Shown piece after piece: positions 58,937 to 64,000 of a stretch of 64,000 nucleotides of DNA (the stretch's first letter is position 1; every line of letters begins with the position of its first letter). The notes beneath the pieces were generated by a model. It worked only from the letters and a program-made list of their open reading frames with translations, was not told the DNA's origin and did not search any database. Source of the DNA: Candidatus Omnitrophota bacterium (lineage in GTDB: Bacteria > Omnitrophota > Gorgyraeia > Gorgyraeales > Gorgyraeaceae); NCBI GenBank assembly GCA_043814965.1, contig JBDRJN010000003.1, forward strand, positions 136,677 through 200,676, given 5' to 3'. The translations under genes and the position numbers were made by a program.

Positions 58937-60703
58937 TTACGCTCCTTTTTTTATAAGCCTATTGAACTCTTCTAAAAGACTTTTAGTTTCACCTTCATGA
59001 CCATTCTTTTGTGCTATTACTAATCTATTTTGAATATCCTTAAGCCTCAGATCCCTTCTATCTTTCTTTATGCTGTTTATACAATCAGAAACATTCTTGC
59101 CCTTGTCCCTTATGTTCATATCCTCGTTTACAAGAAAAGAGATCAGATGCGGCTCTACCTTGTTCTCAAGATAATTAATAAGTTTTCCTGCATCCATTGA
59201 AGAAATATCCTTGTCCAGACTAAAAAGCGTCTCCACAAGATGTCTTATGCTTGAATTCTTAAAATCAAAAGGTTTTAAATTGTCCCTTACTACATCTATT
59301 ACTTTTATATCCTCTAGCATGAGCCTTAACAATATCTTCTCTGCGGGTGTCACAGTTATGTCTTTCTTTGGTTCTTCTTTTCCTCTAGGCCTGATAGGTT
59401 CGCTTATTCTGGGCTTCTTAAGCTTTTTAAGTTCCTCCCATACCATCTCTTCCTTAGTTGAAAGTTCCTGTGCAAGCCTCTTTATATACTCTGCCTTTAA
59501 TACAGAATTCCGGACCTTGCATATAGTAAAAAGCATCTCCTTCGAGATCTCTGTCTTACCTTCTGGTTCTTCGATATTATATTTTTCCTTTAGAATGTTC
59601 AATTTATAGGTAAAAAGGCTCTCTGACTTCTTTATCGCCTGGATAAGCCCTCTAGGCCCGAACTTACGGATAAAACTGTCAGGATCATGGCCTTTATCTA
59701 AACTAGCTACTTTAACGCTCATGCCTTCTTCCAAAAATAGGTCCAATCCTCTCAGTGTAGCCATCTCTCCAGCCTGGTCAGCATCATATACCATGACTAC
59801 ATGACGGGTATATTTTCTAAGAAGCCTTATCTGCTCCACTGTAAGGGCTGTCCCCGATGAAGAGATCGCATTGCATATCCCATACTGATGACTTGTTATG
59901 ACATCCAGGTATCCCTCGCATATGATAGCAAAGCCTTTTTCTCTTATAAAAGAACGCGCTAGATCCAGTCCATACAAGCTCTGTGCTTTTTTATACACTG
60001 CTGTCTCTGGAGAATTGATATATTTAGGGAGACTGTCATCTAAAACCCTGGCCCCAAAACCTATGACCTTGCCCCTGGCATCATGTATAGGAAAAGTAAG
60101 CCTTTTCCTGAAAAGGTCATAAAAAGAATTCTCCTTGCCTTTTAATATCAATCCTGCTTTCAGCGCTATATCCTTAGCTATGCCTCTCTTTAATAGATAT
60201 TCACAGAGTGAACTCCAAGACTGCTCTGCATACCCTATCTTGAACTTTTTAATAGTCGCTTCTTCTAGTCCTCTTCTTTCGATGTAGCGTTTTATATCTG
60301 AGGATTGAGGAGCGTTCTTAAGTTTTTCACTATAAAAATTTGCTGCTAGTTCATTGACGTTATAAATGCTTGCTACCAGTGAAGTTTCTTCAAAGCTCAC
60401 ATCTTTATATTTAGGCAGCTTCACCCCTACTTTTTCTGCGAGCATCTTCACTGCATCGATAAAATCAACTTTTTCATACTCTTTTATGAAATTAAAGACA
60501 TTGCCTCCTGAGTTACAACCAAAACAATGGTATATCTGCTTGTCAGGGCTCACTATAAAAGACGGCGTCTTCTCGTGGTGGAATGGACACTGCGTCTTAA
60601 AGTTCCTGCCAGCTGATTTTAGAGGGATATAGCTTGATATTACTTCTACTATATCGCATCTATCCTGTATCTCATTTAGTATGTGTTCTGGTATTTTTCC
60701 CAT
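58937..60703 (-). CDS. dnaG: DNA primase
   Basis: CPFHHEKTPSF, CFGC, KYINSPET, EGYLD, YDADQAG. Confidence 0.98.
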   Translation of the reverse strand: MGKIPEHILNEIQDRCDIVEVISSYIPLKSAGRNFKTQCPFHHEKTPSFIVSPDKQIYHCFGCNSGGNVFNFIKEYEKVDFIDAVKMLAEKVGVKLPKYKDVSFEETSLVASIYNVNELAANFYSEKLKNAPQSSDIKRYIERRGLEEATIKKFKIGYAEQSWSSLCEYLLKRGIAKDIALKAGLILKGKENSFYDLFRKRLTFPIHDARGKVIGFGARVLDDSLPKYINSPETAVYKKAQSLYGLDLARSFIREKGFAIICEGYLDVITSHQYGICNAISSSGTALTVEQIRLLRKYTRHVVMVYDADQAGEMATLRGLDLFLEEGMSVKVASLDKGHDPDSFIRKFGPRGLIQAIKKSESLFTYKLNILKEKYNIEEPEGKTEISKEMLFTICKVRNSVLKAEYIKRLAQELSTKEEMVWEELKKLKKPRISEPIRPRGKEEPKKDITVTPAEKILLRLMLEDIKVIDVVRDNLKPFDFKNSSIRHLVETLFSLDKDISSMDAGKLINYLENKVEPHLISFLVNEDMNIRDKGKNVSDCINSIKKDRRDLRLKDIQNRLVIAQKNGHEGETKSLLEEFNRLIKKGA

Positions 60704-61646
60704 ATCTCCTGAATCCTGAACAGTTAATTACGTTTAATCTCTCTTTTTTCTCTATCTCATCTATCACCAGATTGATGCCGATATTGTCACTTGCTATATG
60801 CCCTGCGACTATCACGTTCATATGTTCAGCTTGTGCTTTTTTAAAATGCTCTTCACTTAGGTGCATGCATACCATGGTAGATACGCCAGCTTGCGAGAGT
60901 TTATTGAATATATCCTTAGAGCCTTCTGTGCCGCCTGTCATATCTACGAAGATCTTGCCAGAGTTGCTGGAAGAAGATCCTCTTATGATCTTAGGAGGCG
61001 CGTTATTAGCTGCAGCATCTTTATACTCGGGTATCCCGATCAGGATGTCTATGATGTCTCCTAGAGTATCTGGCTTTTTCTTATCCATCAGGCCTTGTAA
61101 ATATGTTGCCACACAGTTATCAGCTGGAGTATGGCATGTCATAAAAGGTATATTAAGAAGCTTGGCTGCATCTACTGCCCTAGAATGATTAGCAGGAAGA
61201 ACTCTCCTTTCAACCTCTTTAATACGATCTTTCATCAATGATTCAGCTATATTTATAGGTACGCCAAGTTTATTTAATATTCCTATCTGCATGTACATCA
61301 CATTATAAAATCCTGCAAGAGCTGTCCCTTCAGGGTGATGCCCTATCAAAAGATCTATCTTCTTGCCTTTTTGATTAAGCCTGTCAGCTAAAACTACTTC
61401 CCCTACTTCAACATCTACCCCCACCATCACTGTCTTTACGTTGAGGTTTTTCTCGCCAAAAAGTATTCTAGTATCAGCATAAGGGTGGACCAATCTCTCT
61501 TTGTCATAATAAGCCTTGGCTTTTTTATCAAGTGCCTCATACTCCTTATTAGCTCTTTTCAGTTCTTTTTTTACTGACTCTATCCCTCGTGGGTCTTTCT
61601 TCATCCCAAAATCAACTATTTGTTTATAAAGGTCTCCTAATTTCAT
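60672..61646 (-). CDS. NIF3/NGG1p-interacting-factor-like metal-binding protein
   Basis: HHP, HTPADN, MH, AGHIASD. Confidence 0.75.
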   Translation of the reverse strand: MKLGDLYKQIVDFGMKKDPRGIESVKKELKRANKEYEALDKKAKAYYDKERLVHPYADTRILFGEKNLNVKTVMVGVDVEVGEVVLADRLNQKGKKIDLLIGHHPEGTALAGFYNVMYMQIGILNKLGVPINIAESLMKDRIKEVERRVLPANHSRAVDAAKLLNIPFMTCHTPADNCVATYLQGLMDKKKPDTLGDIIDILIGIPEYKDAAANNAPPKIIRGSSSSNSGKIFVDMTGGTEGSKDIFNKLSQAGVSTMVCMHLSEEHFKKAQAEHMNVIVAGHIASDNIGINLVIDEIEKKERLNVINCSGFRRYGKNTRTHTK

Positions 61647-62197
61647 CTATCCTCCGTATTTTTATTTATTATTTCAACTACCGGCGTCTCTATCTTTTCT
61701 CCTGGGTAACAATTTATCCCATACCTATATATAGTAGGTAGCACATCCTGGATATATTTAGCTGAGAAAGCGTTTTCTTTTGTGCTTAAAATAAGGTACT
61801 CAAAAGGACTATTAATAAATAAGGTATAAACAAGGCTTATTACTAATAAACCTCTAGCAAAACCGAACAAAACCCCTATTACCCTGCTTGATAAAGGCAC
61901 GTTCTTGGTGCCTACGAGTAGACCAATAAGTACAGCTAATATCTTAAAGATCAATAATATGACAAAAAATTCGAATACGAACGATAAAACTTCTAGTTTT
62001 TCTACTTCCAACTTAGTGCGGTCAGCTATGTATTGGGCTAGCAAAATATAGTTATTAAAAGTGAAAATTACTGCGCAAAAAATTCCTACCAGCCTAAAAA
62101 ACTCTGGCAGTAGGCCTTTTCTAAAACTTATGTAACCTATTCTAATTAATATGGTTACAAAAAGAATATCGACCCAGTTGAAATTAATATGAGGCAT
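61643..62197 (-). CDS. cvpA: CvpA family membrane protein
   Basis: NWVDI...GY.KGLL.E, SRVIGVLFGFARG; start moved to ATG 62197, downstream of the promoter below. Confidence 0.8.
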   Translation of the reverse strand: MPHINFNWVDILFVTILIRIGYISFRKGLLPEFFRLVGIFCAVIFTFNNYILLAQYIADRTKLEVEKLEVLSFVFEFFVILLIFKILAVLIGLLVGTKNVPLSSRVIGVLFGFARGLLVISLVYTLFINSPFEYLILSTKENAFSAKYIQDVLPTIYRYGINCYPGEKIETPVVEIINKNTEDR

Positions 62198-62232
62198 ATA
62201 TGATAACGCGGGTAAAAAAATTATGTAATATA

Positions 62233-62260
62233 AGTATAGCACATGTTTCCGATTTGTCAA
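62233..62260 (-). promoter_or_regulatory. Sigma70 promoter of cvpA-nif3-dnaG-rpoD
   Basis: Minus strand TTGACA-16 nt-TATACT with TGn extended -10. Confidence 0.65.
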
Positions 62261-62405
62261 GGTGGGCAAAGGCCTTATTTTATCGACGACATAAACCCTG
62301 TCCTCTATATTAATTAAATCTAAAAGGAGCTCTGTCCGCTCATATGAAAATTTCCCCATACCGGACCCGGGGTCCCGGGGTCGCCTTTTATTCAGCATTT
62401 TTCGG

Positions 62406-62463
62406 GGCTCGAAGAACTTGCCACCGCAAAATCTGGCGCGGTGGCTTCGAACAACTTCGAGCC
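62406..62463. repeat. Intergenic nested hairpin
   Basis: ggctcgaag/cttcgagcc enclosing gccaccgc/gcggtggc. Confidence 0.55.
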
Positions 62464-62585
62464 TTTTCGCCTCATGGAATGTGGCATAAAAACCGAAAAT
62501 TGCTTCATAAAAGTCTAAATTTCAAATTCGCAGACAGAGTCTCCATTTTAGCTTTAACTGATATGTATGGCAGGCAAGTTGATAG

Positions 62586-63737
62586 TTATTTTGTCATTAA
62601 GTCTTGCAGGTATTCATGGAGTTTTTTGGAGTCGTAGTCCCCTGCTTTTTGCCGATTATTGGCTCCAAACTTATGCCTGAGATCAGCATGATCCACTAAG
62701 AGCCTTATAGCTTTTGCTAAACTAGCAGCATCCCCAGGAGGGACAAGTATACCATTCACATCATTCTTTATCAATTCTCTGTGAGCAGGCAGGTCTGTTG
62801 CAATTATCGGCAAGCCGCATGCCATTGCTTCCAGGATAGTGATATTAAACGATTCATCGAGCGAGGGTGTTATAAATATATCTGCTTCTTTATAATATAA
62901 AGGAAGGCTCTTCCTATCCATCCAGCCTAAAAATGATACTTTCCTCTTTATGTCCAAATCCTTTGCCTGTTGTGCTAAACTCCATCTCTCTGGTCCATCC
63001 CCGATCAATTTCAGGGAAAAATGCAGGCCTATACTCCATTTATTTAACAAGGAAAGGGCTTCTAGTAAAAAAGTAAGTCCCTTTTGCTTGTTTAACCTTC
63101 CTATAAAAACAAGTTTCGGCTCATGATCATCCGTGCCTGCCACTGCAGGAGAAAAGCTTTCCAGATCAATAACATTTGGTATGACATGGATCTCTTTTTT
63201 ATCATAGGTCTTTAGCGCCAGATCTTTAAAGCTCTGGCTATTAGCGACTACCTTATCTGCATTAGCCCAGACATATCTTATCAGCGGGCTCAACAACTTA
63301 TTTAAAAAACTAAACCTTCCCCCATAGAAACCCGGCACATCAATGCCGCGTAAAAAAACATAATAAGGTATCTTGTAAAGTTTTTTTACGAACAGAGCTA
63401 AAAAACCCGCCGGAAGAGTAAAAAAAGCAAGCACCAGGTCAGGCCTCTCGTGTTTTTCCCCGAGGCTTCTTAAAAAATACCACATACCGTGCAGCATAAA
63501 TATCGCTACTTCTAAAAGTCTTCCAGCATATAAGTATTTTCTTGTACCTATAGCCCTTTTTACTTTATAACCATCCAGGTTTTCTTCGGACTTCATATCC
63601 TTTGACCTGGAGGTGACCACTTCTACATTATAACCCTCTGACGAAAGAGCCTCGGCAAAATTCTTAGTAGCCATAGACGCGCCCCCGCCTACAGGAGGAA
63701 ATTCATGATTGATTATAGTTATCTTCTTTTTATCCAT
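62586..63737 (-). CDS. Glycosyltransferase family 4
   Basis: EFPPVGGG, GRLNKQKG, ESFNITILEAMACG. Confidence 0.92.
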   Translation of the reverse strand: MDKKKITIINHEFPPVGGGASMATKNFAEALSSEGYNVEVVTSRSKDMKSEENLDGYKVKRAIGTRKYLYAGRLLEVAIFMLHGMWYFLRSLGEKHERPDLVLAFFTLPAGFLALFVKKLYKIPYYVFLRGIDVPGFYGGRFSFLNKLLSPLIRYVWANADKVVANSQSFKDLALKTYDKKEIHVIPNVIDLESFSPAVAGTDDHEPKLVFIGRLNKQKGLTFLLEALSLLNKWSIGLHFSLKLIGDGPERWSLAQQAKDLDIKRKVSFLGWMDRKSLPLYYKEADIFITPSLDESFNITILEAMACGLPIIATDLPAHRELIKNDVNGILVPPGDAASLAKAIRLLVDHADLRHKFGANNRQKAGDYDSKKLHEYLQDLMTK

Positions 63738-64000
63738 CTCTTATACCATAACTCAAACATCAATATTGTCCAGAGTTTTTTTCTATTATCTTTCTTCATG
63801 TTAAAATGCTCATTCAATAAAAGCTGCACGTGGTCTGGGTTCAATATGCCTTCATTCTTTATCTTCTCGTAGGAAAGTTCTTCCCTCACTAGATCCTTAA
63901 GGTCATCTTTTATCCACTTAGCTATAGGCACTCCAAATCCTTTTTTAGGCCTTTTGGTCACAAAGCTCGGCAGATATGGTTTCATAGCTTTTTTTAAGAT
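63719..64000 (-). CDS. asnB: Asparagine synthase (glutamine-hydrolysing)-like protein, C-terminal part (cut by window edge)
   Basis: RPKKGFGVP..W, LW...FELW. Confidence 0.8.
   Translation of the reverse strand: MLKKAMKPYLPSFVTKRPKKGFGVPIAKWIKDDLKDLVREELSYEKIKNEGILNPDHVQLLLNEHFNMKKDNRKKLWTILMFELWYKRWIKRR

Noticed and set aside
62198-62398. N-terminal extension of CvpA in the ORF track
   Set aside because: Spans a predicted promoter and hairpins; CvpA similarity starts near ATG 62197.

Overview
Low-GC bacterial chromosome segment, mostly minus-strand genes; gene order and repeat types are suggestive of a PVC-group organism such as Ca. Omnitrophota (inference only). Left arm (1-17.4 kb): housekeeping genes lipA, lipB, hisD, alaS, recA, an inverted cinA-thpR pair, pgpA, pgsA, rimO, rodZ-like, ftsK, uppP, pnp, rpsO. 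Middle (17.4-51 kb): a surface-glycan locus (many GT2/GT4, three O-antigen-ligase-family proteins, Wzm/Wzt, carbamoyltransferase, WecA-like) with an embedded RiPP-like cassette: three radical SAM/SPASM enzymes (one fused to an HprK-like kinase domain), PqqD/RRE, S24/S26 peptidase, ABC exporter, NTP_transf_5-type nucleotidyltransferase, and two homologous Cys4 precursor peptides with a WxxPxL leader and a CxxCxxLxxS C-terminus. This is the best candidate for an undescribed system, possibly a radical-SAM-crosslinked peptide phosphorylated and glycan-conjugated at its terminal Ser. Right arm (51-64 kb): RNase P RNA with an expanded P9 region, rnhA, tRNA-Val(CAC) and tRNA(CAT) each followed by a 102-bp repeat, a 5'-truncated GIY-YIG nuclease, rpoD, dnaG, NIF3-like, cvpA and the end of another glycan operon. 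Small palindromic and short tandem repeats are scattered throughout, including in-frame inside a glycosyltransferase.
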